Source: Reclinomonas americana ATCC 50394 (lineage: Eukaryota). From it: a DNA stretch of 64,000 nucleotides. Both the position numbers and the translations under genes were made by a program. The number at the start of each line of letters is the position of its first letter. Position 1 is the first letter of the stretch. The notes under the pieces were generated by a model. The model had not been told where the DNA came from. It was given only the letters and a program-made list of their open reading frames with translations, and did no database searches. Positions 10,043-19,841 of this stretch are shown in pieces. Location of the stretch: the NCBI GenBank assembly GCA_048213135.1, contig PS015010.1, forward strand, positions 1,550,001 through 1,614,000, in the 5' to 3' direction.

Positions 10043-10432
10043 TTACTCATATTTTTCTAATTCATTGTCAAGAAGCTTGTTAAAATCCTTGCCTTCAATT
10101 ATAAATCCTTTACCTGTTTCAGTTGGGAAAACTAAAATTTCGATTTTATTTTGGATTAATTTTGGAATTATTTCGTCTTTAAAAATATATACGTCTATTT
10201 TCTTTGAATTGAAATTAGCAAAAGCGTCATTAATCCATTGGTCTGAAAATTCTTTAAAAGGCCAAACTGGAAAGTATTTACTTCCGTCATCTTCGACATT
10301 AAGCCCATAACCATCATTTTTGTTAAAGAGGACCCATACTTCTTCAAAATCTGCTGCTCGTTTTATAAAATAGTTTAATCTTTCTGTCGAGGTTAATTTT
10401 ACTACTTTTTCGACTTCTTCTTTTGTAATCAT
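10043..10432 (-). CDS. DUF2750-like protein, candidate immunity protein for module A
   Basis: ERLNYFIKRAADFEEVWVL..FPVWPFKEF..VFPT pattern; acidic; 4 bp after the toxin stop. Confidence 0.75.
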   Translation of the reverse strand: MITKEEVEKVVKLTSTERLNYFIKRAADFEEVWVLFNKNDGYGLNVEDDGSKYFPVWPFKEFSDQWINDAFANFNSKKIDVYIFKDEIIPKLIQNKIEILVFPTETGKGFIIEGKDFNKLLDNELEKYE

Positions 10433-10436
10433 TTCT

Positions 10437-13400
10437 TTACAGTTTTATTGCTCCGGCTTTATTTTTCTTGCCTTTGTTATCGAATTTATGTTGAAGTTTA
10501 TGTAATCTCCTCAATTGAGGATGACTTTTATCATAACCATTTCCTTTCTTAGCTTCATAACCTCTCTTATGAGCCATATCATACCCGGGAGGATTTCGTA
10601 TACTTTTTCGTCGACCTCTTTTTATAGAGTTTTGTTCTTGCTGAATCCATCCCCTAATATGATTTGGTTGTTTCTGATCTTCTGCAACCTCTTTAAGCTT
10701 AGCTTGTTTCCCAGCTCTCCCGGCTCCCTTAGATGATTGTTTAACTTGCTTGAGCTCTTGTTTTACTGCTTCTTCTCCAGCCTTTTCAGAAGCATCTTTA
10801 ACTATCTTCTTCTCTAATTTGTCAACAACTTGTTTATTCAGTTGTTTAACTTCTTTTATGGCAAGAGTATTTGCCGCGTCTACAGCCTCTTTTACCGCTA
10901 ACTTTACCGATTTCTTAAAGCTCCCTAAACCTATTAACATCGTTACCTTATCCATATAATCATCCGCGGCCTCCACCCCTAACAAAGCACCTAGTGATAT
11001 TATAGAAAGTGTAAAATCTTTAGCTTTTGCATTTTTAAAAGCCTCTTCAGAATCATATGTTGCAGTTACAAAATAAACCTCATCTCCACGTTCAATCGGA
11101 TAATGTGCAACAATACTAAAAGGCCTATCATATTCTAATGTCCCGTCTTGGTTAATTTCACCTGTTTGCTCGCCAACTTGCCAAGCTGCTAGCTTAATAA
11201 CTGGTTTCTCAGGGTTGTCGGTCCAAACAAAAATATAGTGTGTTTCTTCTAGCCCATCCATGTCAATATTTTGTACTGGATTGTTGCCAGAAAAATGATA
11301 TGGACTGTACCAAGGGAACTCATCCGATAATGGATCCACACTCAAAAACCTCCCCAGCCTCGGATTATATATCCGAAATCCATAATCATATTGATTCCCT
11401 TCGCCATCAACCTCATTATCACTTTCCTTCCCATTAAATCCATACCTGTAGCTGTTATCCGCTTTGTAGTTTCTTCCCGGCATCATCATTCCGAAGGGAT
11501 AATAGTCAGTTGCTGTTACGACGTCTGCACGATAGGCGACAAACGGGCCTTCCCAGTCACCGCCGCTACCGCCCGGAGGTGCGGTTTCCGTTTCTTCTCC
11601 TGTAGGTACACAAGGAGGTACCAACCCGCATACAACCTTACGCCATACCTGTTGCTGGAGTTTTTTGTCACTTACAGTGGCGAGTACATTGCCCAGGTGG
11701 TTACTTAATTCAAAGATCTTCTCTCCTCTTGTAAAGGTACTGGTAAATCCTTCGCCAAAGTCATCATCAAGCGTTTCCGGAACCCGGGCCGGCTCCGATT
11801 CCGTGCTGATCATACCCAGGCGGCTGCTGCCATACAAATGGCACTCTTTCTGCCACACTTTTTCTCCAACTTCGTACACACTCATCACATTCCCCGAGGC
11901 ATCACGCACATACACAGTCACCTTCTCTCCCACGGTCTTGCTTACGCGGTTGCCCGAAGCGTCGTACGTGTACTGGATATCGGGGTCACCGGATTTATCA
12001 ATGGCTTTTATTTTCCCGTATACATTCCAGGAAATGGCCGTACTGCCTTCCGTAACCAGGTTACCGATAGCGTCATAAGCATAATAGCCGGGTGACTGGT
12101 TGTCTATATCAATGGTGTAGTTACCTGACGATATATGATCGGTAACATCTTTCAGCCTGTTGGTGGTTGAATAGTAATTGTACTCGAGGCTGTCCATGGA
12201 CACAGGCATACCTGCGGTGGGCGATCCTTTACGATGGTAACGTTCAATATTACCATTGGGATCATAACTCACGTATTCTTTATAATCATCCAGCGCTACA
12301 GGTGTCCAGGTATTGGTAGCCGCGTCGAGTCCTTTATAGCTCTGCATACGGGTAATCCGGTTCAGCTGGTCGTACTGGTATTTATAGAACAGTGGTAAAG
12401 TATTGTTGGTTGGCGCGTTCAGTTTCAGCAAACCGGCATTGTTTACGGTCATGGCCGCGATATTGCCGTTGTACAACGATTTACTGTCGAAGCTGATACC
12501 CGTGCCCGGCCTTGCGAACAAGCTGCTGCCACCGATCTGTTTATAATCCAGGTAATCACTGCCACCCCCGAGCTGATCATAATAATGCAGCGCAAAACTC
12601 ATGATGTCTTTAGCCGTGGTGGACTGCGAAGTGCCATCCAGGTTAATATCCTGCGCCGCGTCGAGGGCAGTATTGTTCACCCCTTTCAGCCACCCCTGCA
12701 GCGTGTAGGCATAATCCATTCCCTGCACCCGCAGCTGGCCCAGTTCTGTACGGGCCAACGGACCATGCTGGTAACAACTGTAAGCACCATCGCGTTCCCA
12801 CAGCAATTTATCCCTGCTTGTTTCTACTGATGTAATGCGGTTCTCCGCGTCGTAGTTATACCGGTGATAGAAGGCATCTTTGGCCCCGGGTTGGTAATTC
12901 ACCTGGTTCACTTTATCACTGATCAGGTCATATTCATATACAATGCGTTTGAACTGCGCATCGGCACCCACCATACCGGCCAAGCCTTTATAATCCTGCA
13001 ACAGCGTATCTACATTACCATGTATATCGTAACTGTAATAAGTGGCCGCCCGGTGCGTGCCGGCATACTTCGTATCATCACTGCCGCTGGGTTCGGTATC
13101 AAATACCTGGGTATAACTTACCCGGTTGCGCAGGTTTTGTTGTACCAGCGGGGCGGGGCTCAGTGTGGCTTCGCCGTTAAAGTAACTGACATCATATACC
13201 GTGCGGGTGACCTCTTCCTTGTTCTGCACATTAGTACTGGCACCGTTATTGGCTAACCATGCACTCAATTGTGATGGATCACGACTAATAGTTTCTGTCA
13301 TGGGGGTAGTCTGCGGTTTTTGCCCCACTTGAGTTATTCGACCAAGTTCATCGTAAATTATGTAACCATATTTATCATTGGGCGTTTGTTTTGCATTCTG

Positions 13401-13901
13401 GCTCACCACGACCCTGCCGAGCCGGTCATGCCAGAATTTACTTTCACCGGCATCGGGTGTTTTTTGTGCGATCACCTGGTTCAATGTATTGTACCGGTAT
13501 TCGGTTTCCAGGGTATGCGTCGGCGTGAGTATGTTGCTGCTCTCTGCCCCTCCGTTCCTCACATTCTGTCTTTTGGTCTTCACATTGGCCAGGAAGGTCG
13601 CGTCGGCATGTTTGGCATCCACACCTGCAGGTGGTACAGTCTTCACCAGGTTGCCGGCCTGGTCATAGTAATACAGCGTATAGTGATACTCGCTTACATC
13701 GTAGTTCACTGTAAAGCTTTCCAGGTCTTTCGCTTTCATGCACTTGTTGTAATAAGCGGTGTCAAACACATTGCGCAAACTGTCGAGGTACAACTCGTAT
13801 TTTTCCATAGCCGCGTTAAAGGCGATCTTCGGCAGGTCTTTGCAGGGGTCTTCATCCTGGGGTACGGGGGTGAATACAGGTTCAGAGAGACCGCACAGCA
13901 T
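10437..13901 (-). CDS. Orphan RHS protein (module A) with Ntox8-like C-terminal nuclease toxin
   Basis: YD repeats; ELSNHLGNV, DYYPFG, GRFLSVDP, NIDMDG; basic tip GRAGKQAKL..RGWIQQE..PPGYDMAHKRGYEAKKG..LHKLQHKFD with HxR and HxxxH motifs; no signal peptide. Confidence 0.85.
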   Translation of the reverse strand: MLCGLSEPVFTPVPQDEDPCKDLPKIAFNAAMEKYELYLDSLRNVFDTAYYNKCMKAKDLESFTVNYDVSEYHYTLYYYDQAGNLVKTVPPAGVDAKHADATFLANVKTKRQNVRNGGAESSNILTPTHTLETEYRYNTLNQVIAQKTPDAGESKFWHDRLGRVVVSQNAKQTPNDKYGYIIYDELGRITQVGQKPQTTPMTETISRDPSQLSAWLANNGASTNVQNKEEVTRTVYDVSYFNGEATLSPAPLVQQNLRNRVSYTQVFDTEPSGSDDTKYAGTHRAATYYSYDIHGNVDTLLQDYKGLAGMVGADAQFKRIVYEYDLISDKVNQVNYQPGAKDAFYHRYNYDAENRITSVETSRDKLLWERDGAYSCYQHGPLARTELGQLRVQGMDYAYTLQGWLKGVNNTALDAAQDINLDGTSQSTTAKDIMSFALHYYDQLGGGSDYLDYKQIGGSSLFARPGTGISFDSKSLYNGNIAAMTVNNAGLLKLNAPTNNTLPLFYKYQYDQLNRITRMQSYKGLDAATNTWTPVALDDYKEYVSYDPNGNIERYHRKGSPTAGMPVSMDSLEYNYYSTTNRLKDVTDHISSGNYTIDIDNQSPGYYAYDAIGNLVTEGSTAISWNVYGKIKAIDKSGDPDIQYTYDASGNRVSKTVGEKVTVYVRDASGNVMSVYEVGEKVWQKECHLYGSSRLGMISTESEPARVPETLDDDFGEGFTSTFTRGEKIFELSNHLGNVLATVSDKKLQQQVWRKVVCGLVPPCVPTGEETETAPPGGSGGDWEGPFVAYRADVVTATDYYPFGMMMPGRNYKADNSYRYGFNGKESDNEVDGEGNQYDYGFRIYNPRLGRFLSVDPLSDEFPWYSPYHFSGNNPVQNIDMDGLEETHYIFVWTDNPEKPVIKLAAWQVGEQTGEINQDGTLEYDRPFSIVAHYPIERGDEVYFVTATYDSEEAFKNAKAKDFTLSIISLGALLGVEAADDYMDKVTMLIGLGSFKKSVKLAVKEAVDAANTLAIKEVKQLNKQVVDKLEKKIVKDASEKAGEEAVKQELKQVKQSSKGAGRAGKQAKLKEVAEDQKQPNHIRGWIQQEQNSIKRGRRKSIRNPPGYDMAHKRGYEAKKGNGYDKSHPQLRRLHKLQHKFDNKGKKNKAGAIKL
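11440..11503. repeat. Inverted repeat arm 2 (pairs with 8705-8768)
   Basis: Encodes YPFGMMMPGRNYKADNSYRYG in module A. Confidence 0.9.
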
Positions 13902-13977
13902 CGGCGGGTAAGCGTGATTTTAATAATTGAACTGATTTTTTGTACGAATGAATGTTCGCATCTTTTTGCATTCATCT

Positions 13978-14046
13978 CCCCGCTTTACGCTGCTAGTCCT
14001 CGCCCTCCTGCGTCGGGCTGTGGGCTATACGCTGCAATCGGGCGTA
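13978..14046. repeat. Conserved spacer element, copy A (69 bp)
   Basis: ccccgctttacgctgctagtcctcgc-[variable]-gggctatacgctgcaatcgggcgta; also at 18495 and 22317. Confidence 0.92.
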
Positions 14047-14303
14047 AAGGAGAAAGTATGTTGTCCTTTTACAGTCATCACAAATACCCATCCTTATAAA
14101 AAGAAAATATTGATATAATATTTACAATCCATTTTTACCAGCTAATTTGATACATGAATAACAAAAAAGCCCTGTTCCAGGGCTTCCAACTATCAAATTT
14201 GATCTTTTTTGATCTCAAAATAAAACAGGAGGCCCGAAAATGCCTCCTGTAAATGCTTTATTTATTTGCCTTTGGGGAAAACCAGCTAATCTGATACACT
14301 ACC
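14047..14303 (-). mobile_element. Internally deleted IS1-family remnant with duplicated IS-end-like sequence
   Basis: ATG at 14132 reads MDCKY like the transposase start at 23082, fused to sequence resembling that gene's 3' flank (GGGTATTTG). accagctaat(t/c)tgataca occurs at 14137-14154 and 14281-14298; the outer copy reads GGTAGTG.. on the minus strand. Confidence 0.65.
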
Positions 14304-14306
14304 ACT

Positions 14307-14951
14307 TTAATTTATTTTGCTCACACTTGCAATCCACTCATTTCGACCATCCTTAGAAAGAAGATAGAAGATGCTGGAGTCCTTAGTCCACCCCATTTTT
14401 CCAAGCGGGTCTACATCCCAAGGTTCTCTCTCATATAATTTCACTTGCTCTATTTCTTGTTTGTTATTATTTAAGAATATGGCAAAAACTTGAAACTTAT
14501 CAATGTCCCAGACACAATAAATTCCAGCATAATACTTTTTATCAGGCGAGATAAAGTATTTATTATCCCGAAGCCAGGAATGCAATAGTCTTTTTTTTAG
14601 ACAGCAATTGTAAGAATCAAGTAAAGGATTGATATCCCACTTATGTATATCTGCAAGTGTCATAATTCCATTATGTAGTACCTTTAGTAACATTTCTTTC
14701 TTTTCATACTTCCCAGTTAATTTATGGTATGTATCGAAATCAAAAATTTTATTAATTACAATAACATCAATCATATCATCAATTATATCATTTTTGTTAG
14801 TTGCTTTTACTAAATTGATCACAATCTTTTTATACCCATTAGAATTATACTTATTTAAGCAACTAAGATACAATTGGGATGTAGACCATGTCTCTCCTTT
14901 TAAATTATACTCAAGCCCCTTTTCTACAGTTACAGCTATGTCTTTTAGCAT
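14307..14951 (-). CDS. Hypothetical protein, candidate immunity protein for module B
   Basis: 6 bp after the toxin stop; AT-rich; no signal peptide. Confidence 0.7.
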   Translation of the reverse strand: MLKDIAVTVEKGLEYNLKGETWSTSQLYLSCLNKYNSNGYKKIVINLVKATNKNDIIDDMIDVIVINKIFDFDTYHKLTGKYEKKEMLLKVLHNGIMTLADIHKWDINPLLDSYNCCLKKRLLHSWLRDNKYFISPDKKYYAGIYCVWDIDKFQVFAIFLNNNKQEIEQVKLYEREPWDVDPLGKMGWTKDSSIFYLLSKDGRNEWIASVSKIN

Positions 14952-14957
14952 GAAAAA

Positions 14958-17900
14958 TTATTGAATTCTTGGTAATTTGTTGCCAACAGGTTGATTTCCT
15001 GAAGAATTAGATTTTTTATATGCTCTATTTTTACCTTGCTCCCATTTCAATATTCTGTCCCTTGCGGACGTAGTACCTTTTCCCTGTATATTTTTTTTCA
15101 TAACTTCTGGCTTATATCTTTGATACCCAGCTTTCTTGTTAAGCGCAGAAACCTGCCGATTTGCTCGTGGAGATGTCCCATTTTTATTAAGTTTTTCTCC
15201 ACTTACTCCATATTTATTTACATCTTTATTTTTAGTATCCTTTATTCTATACCCATGCTGCGTCTTGTTGCTTGTTCGTGAATTTCCATTTGTCGCGGTA
15301 TTCGATTGAGTTGCTTCAGGACTCTTATTTTGAGCAGCAGTAGCCTGTTGATTAGTATTATCCTCTACAGTCGGTTTAGAAGCAGCTGCGGAGGCGGCAT
15401 CGCTGGCAGCCACTGCAGTCGCTGCGGGTGCTAATTTTTTTATAGCCCAAACAATATCGCTAGTTGCAGTGGCTACTACTCCAGTTCCATGTAACCCAAC
15501 AGCAGCTCCTGCTACGGCTGTACCACCACCTACAACAGTCCCTACCCCAGTAAGCGCCATTCCGCCTCCGGCATTTACGGCCGCTGCTCCGGCATTCATT
15601 TCTATAAAGCCTTGAAGTGCAGCAATACAATCCCCTACAATTCTACCTTGCAAATATGCCTCTCTATCGTATTCGTCTTCGTAATCATCAAGATTATCAG
15701 TTCCACCAATTCCATCACTTATACCAATTGTATTAGCATTAATTAAAGCATTAGAAATTCCACGACTAACAATTCCAGCCCTCCCAGCACCTAAATTTTT
15801 AATCGCTGTTTCTGCTTTTGCTTTAATTGATTCGAAATCAGTTTCCGAATACTCAAGCCCATCCAAATCTATTCCATCAATCGGTCTGTTACTAGCAAAT
15901 TGATAAGGAGTTAATTCTGGATAATCATCTGTAATTGGATCCACACTCAAAAACCTTCCTAATCTTGGATCATAAATCCTCATTCCGTAATCCTGCTGAT
16001 TTCCTTCTCCTTTCACATCATTGTCATTCTCCTTCCCATTAAACCCATACCTGTAGCTGCTAGCAGCAGTAAATTTTCTGCCCGGCATCATCATCCCAAA
16101 TGGATAGTAGTCATTTGCACTGATCACATTTGCTGTATAATAATCTACCAACCCATCTGTATTGCTATCCGTTTCAGTTTTGGTATCTGTGACTGTCGCC
16201 AGCACATTGCCCAAATGGTTGCCTAACTCAAAGAACTTATTGCCTCTCGTAAAGGTAGCAATATTATCCAGATGATCCACTTGGACAATACTGTTCACAT
16301 CTCTTTTTACATTAAAAATTCCCAACCGGCTACTACCATACAAATGAGCCTCTTCCTGCACCAGATGAGCCGAAGACGTTGCCTGATCATACAAACTCAT
16401 TACATTTCCGCTGGCATCCCGTACATACACCGTGGTTTTTGTATTACCTCCTGAAGTCACAGCTTTCGTGATCCGGTTACCAGTTACATCATAAGTATAA
16501 GCAATGGAAGTACCCGTTTTCGTAATGCCGGCAATTTTCCCATATACATTCCAGGTAATACTGCTGATACCTTCCGCCGCGTCTGCCGTCAGGTTACCAA
16601 TCTGGTCATAAGTATAATTATCATCTCCTTGGTTGTCGATATCCTCTGAGTAATTACCCGATGATACCGCATCTTTCACATGTCTCAAACGATTATTTAC
16701 CAGTTTACCTCCTGAGAGATTATAACCATAGGTCATATTATCCATGGTCAGCGGATTGCCACCCGCTGTTGTAGCATTACGCAGGTAGGTAAGGATATTC
16801 CCATTGGGATCATAGCTAACTCTCTCTTTATAATTATCCGTAACAGAAGGTGTCCATACGTTCGTACTGCTGTTCAATCCTGTAAAGGCATCCATTGCCA
16901 CGATCCTGTTCAACTGATCGTAACGATAACGGTACAAATGAGCATCTCCAAGTTTGGGTATATTCACTGCCATGGCCCCGATATTGCCATTAAATAAATC
17001 CTGGCCCGAAGTAGTAATCGGCGAAGGAGCAGCTATAGCCGCAAAAGGATTTGTTCCTCCTATAGGTTTATAATCACTACCAAAGTAATTCAGGCTGAAA
17101 CCAAATACATCCCTCGCTACCAGGCTTAGTCCTCCTCCCGTTTTGCCATCCCCCCCTATATCGTAAGTGCCGTCACCCACAGCCGTACTATTGACCCCCT
17201 TCAACCAGCCTGATAATGTGTACGCATAGTCCAGTCCCTGCACCTGTTGCTGCCCCAGGATGAGTCTTGATAATGGTCCATGCTTGTAGTAACTGTACCT
17301 CGCATCCTTTTCCCATATCCAGCCATCATGGCTGGTCTCCACATCGGTAATACGGTTTTCCCCGTCATAAGTATACCGGTGATAGTAGGCATCCACCGCA
17401 CCCGGCTGGTAGGCCACCTGGTTCACTTTACCGCTGATGAGGTCATAATCGTACACCATCTTCTTATACCGGTTGCCGGTACTGGCCATAATACCACTGT
17501 TGTAATCCTGCAGCAGGGTATCCACGTTACCGTGTATGTCGTAACTGTAATAGGTGGCTGCCCGGTGTGTACCGGCATATTTGGTATCATCGCTACCTGT
17601 AGGCTCGGTGTCGAATACCTGCCTGTAACTTACACGGTTACGCAGGTGCTGCTGTACCAGCGGGGCCGGACTTAATGTAGCTTCACCGTTGAAATAGCTG
17701 ACATCATACACCGTACGGGTGATCTCTTCCTTGTTCTGCACATTGGTGCTGGCACCGTTGTTGGCCAGCCATGTGGCCAGCTGCGAAGGATCGCGGCTGA
17801 TCGTTTCCGTCATGGTGGTGCTCTGCGGCTTCTGCCCTACCTGGCTGATGCGGCCCAGTTCATCGTACAGCGTATAACTGTAACGGGCATTCGCATATTG

Positions 17901-18412
17901 TTTCGCATTCTGGCTTACCACCAGCCGTCCCAGCCGGTCGTACCAGAATTTGCTTTCCCCGGCGTCGGGTGTTTCTGTGCTATTACCTGGTTGAGTGTAT
18001 TGTACCGGTATTCCGTTTCCAGGGTATGCGTTGGCGTTAGTATATTGCTGCTTTCTGCCCCACCGGCTTTTACGTTCTGCCGTTTCGTTTTTACATTGGC
18101 CAGGAAGGTGGCATCAGCGTGTTTCGCGTCCACACCTGCAGGCGGTACGGTCTTCACCAGGTTGCCCGCCTGGTCGTAATAATATAAAGTATAGTGGTAC
18201 TCGCTCACTTTATAACTCACGGTAAAGCTTTCCAGGTCCTTCGCCTTCATACACTTGTTGTAGTAGGCGGTGTCGAATACATTGCGCAGACTGTCCAGGT
18301 ACAGTTCATACTTTTCCATGGCCGCGTTGTAGGCGATCTTCGGCAGGTCCTTGCACGGATCATCATCCTGCGGTACCGGCTCAAACATAGGCTGGCTGAG
18401 GCCGCAGAGCAT
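14958..18412 (-). pseudogene. Orphan RHS protein (module B) with Tox-URI2-like tip, frameshifted near 17972
   Basis: ORFs 17915-18412 and 14958-17921 both align to the main RHS; gtttctg here vs gttttctg at 27141. Tip GNSRTSNKTQHGYRI..KYGVSGEKLNKNGTSPRANRQV..LKWEQ. Confidence 0.82.
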
Positions 18413-18420
18413 GGGAGGGT
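17100..18420 (-). repeat. ~1.3 kb near-identical duplicate of main RHS 26270-27590
   Basis: Nearly identical translation; 18024-18142 identical to 27195-27313 by manual comparison. Confidence 0.9.
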
Positions 18421-18494
18421 TGGAGGAAGTATTACTGAATGAATAAGACTATTATTTTGTACAAATGAATGTTCGCATTTTTTTGCATTCATAC

Positions 18495-18553
18495 CCCCGC
18501 TTTACGCTGCTAGTCCTCGCTGCGCTCCGGGCTATACGCTGCAATCGGGCGTA
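18495..18553. repeat. Conserved spacer element, copy B (59 bp)
   Basis: Differs from copy C by one base. Confidence 0.92.
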
Positions 18554-18799
18554 GAAAAGAATGCTCTTTATACTTTTTGTGACTTCGTAAAAACTCATTT
18601 TTAATTTTACACAAGAACCTTTATAATATTTACACTCCATACTAACTGCTAATCTGATACATCAATAATAAAAAGACCGCCTTTCAGCGGTCTTTTCCCA
18701 TCGAATAAAGATAATTCTTATAATACTCCCTTCAAAAATCCTGTTTCAGCCAAAGATTTAAACGCATTTTAAGTAAACATGCTAATCTGATACATTACC
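18554..18799 (-). mobile_element. Internally deleted IS1-family remnant with duplicated IS-end-like sequence
   Basis: ATG at 18640 reads MECKYYKGSCVK; tgctaatctgatacat at 18647-18662 and 18780-18795; outer copy reads GGTAATGTATCAGATTAGC on the minus strand; hairpin aaaagaccgc..gcggtctttt lies between the copies. Confidence 0.65.
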
Positions 18800-19260
18800 C
18801 AGTAAGTGGCATCATGCACTCATAAAAATAAAAGACTGTCGCCATTTTTTATCTTGATTAAATTAAAAAAATGGCTTGGCTTTTATTTTTATGAGTGCAT
18901 AGCGTTGTTTGCTATGTACCTTGACAAAAATTACATAGCAAACAACGCCGCCGCCCTGCACAGAAAAAACCACACACAAAAGCCATTGTACCGAACGGCT
19001 GAAAACCTTATCCACATTGACTTGCAGCCAATTTGGCATGTGCATAAATTTTTATCCTTCAAAAATTTTGTGCATAAAAAAATATTTTCTTGCTGCAAAC
19101 CGCCGAGCCGACCGAAGGGAGGCGAAGGAATAAAAAAAGCCGCCTACATTTTTTGCAAGCGGCTGAATGATTTTTTGATTTGTATTTTTTTGCTTTCTTG
19201 TCTCAGCCCAAACGAAGGAACAAAACAGAAAACCAACGGCAGCAAAACAATGTTTTATTT

Positions 19261-19668
19261 TTAATGTCTTATTGGTATAATTTCAACAGGAACTTTACTT
19301 CTCGGTCTTAAAAGAGCACTTCGCTTTATAGAAAGTAATACTTCTTGACATAACTCATAATCAGAATTATTGGTACAACTTATTTCACTTAAACTTCCGT
19401 CTTTGGCTACGATAAATTTTGCCTCAACAATATATTTCCCTTTTTTAGTGCTACTACAAAGTTTGGTAGATTTATTTAGCTGGGCTTCAATATGTCGCAA
19501 AAATGTTGAGTCTAAATCAGTACAAGTATCTTTAAATGCTGCTTTAGTGTATATTTTACTGGGTCTTCGTTCTTTGGTAATTTCTACGATAACTTGATTA
19601 CAATTAGTCTGTCCAAAGCCCTTAGCAATAAATAATATATGTAAGAAAAGTAACCTAAAGCATTTCAT
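19261..19668 (-). CDS. Exported protein with a TonB C-terminal-like domain
   Basis: Signal-peptide-like N-terminus; GKYIVEAKFIVAKDGSLSEI..ELCQEVLLSIKRS resembles TonB_C. Confidence 0.55.
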   Translation of the reverse strand: MKCFRLLFLHILFIAKGFGQTNCNQVIVEITKERRPSKIYTKAAFKDTCTDLDSTFLRHIEAQLNKSTKLCSSTKKGKYIVEAKFIVAKDGSLSEISCTNNSDYELCQEVLLSIKRSALLRPRSKVPVEIIPIRH

Positions 19669-19841
19669 TTTTAAAATATTTCAGTGTTTGTATTTTATTG
19701 AACGAACAAAATATTTTGCTATTACTCATCATCTCAATACCAACCTAAATGATTTATCTACTATCTATTTCTTAGAAAACCAACAACAAAATATAGCTTT
19801 GAAATAAAAGAAAATTATACTCCCCCTGTATAAGCCATTTT

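Noticed and set aside
18452-18640. 62-aa ORF MECKYYKGSC.. as a real gene
   Set aside because: Chimera of a transposase start and read-through across the conserved non-coding element; no equivalent frame in copies A or C
18806-19264. 152-aa + strand ORF
   Set aside because: GTG start, low-complexity K/F-rich translation of A/T tracts, crosses hairpins; probably spurious
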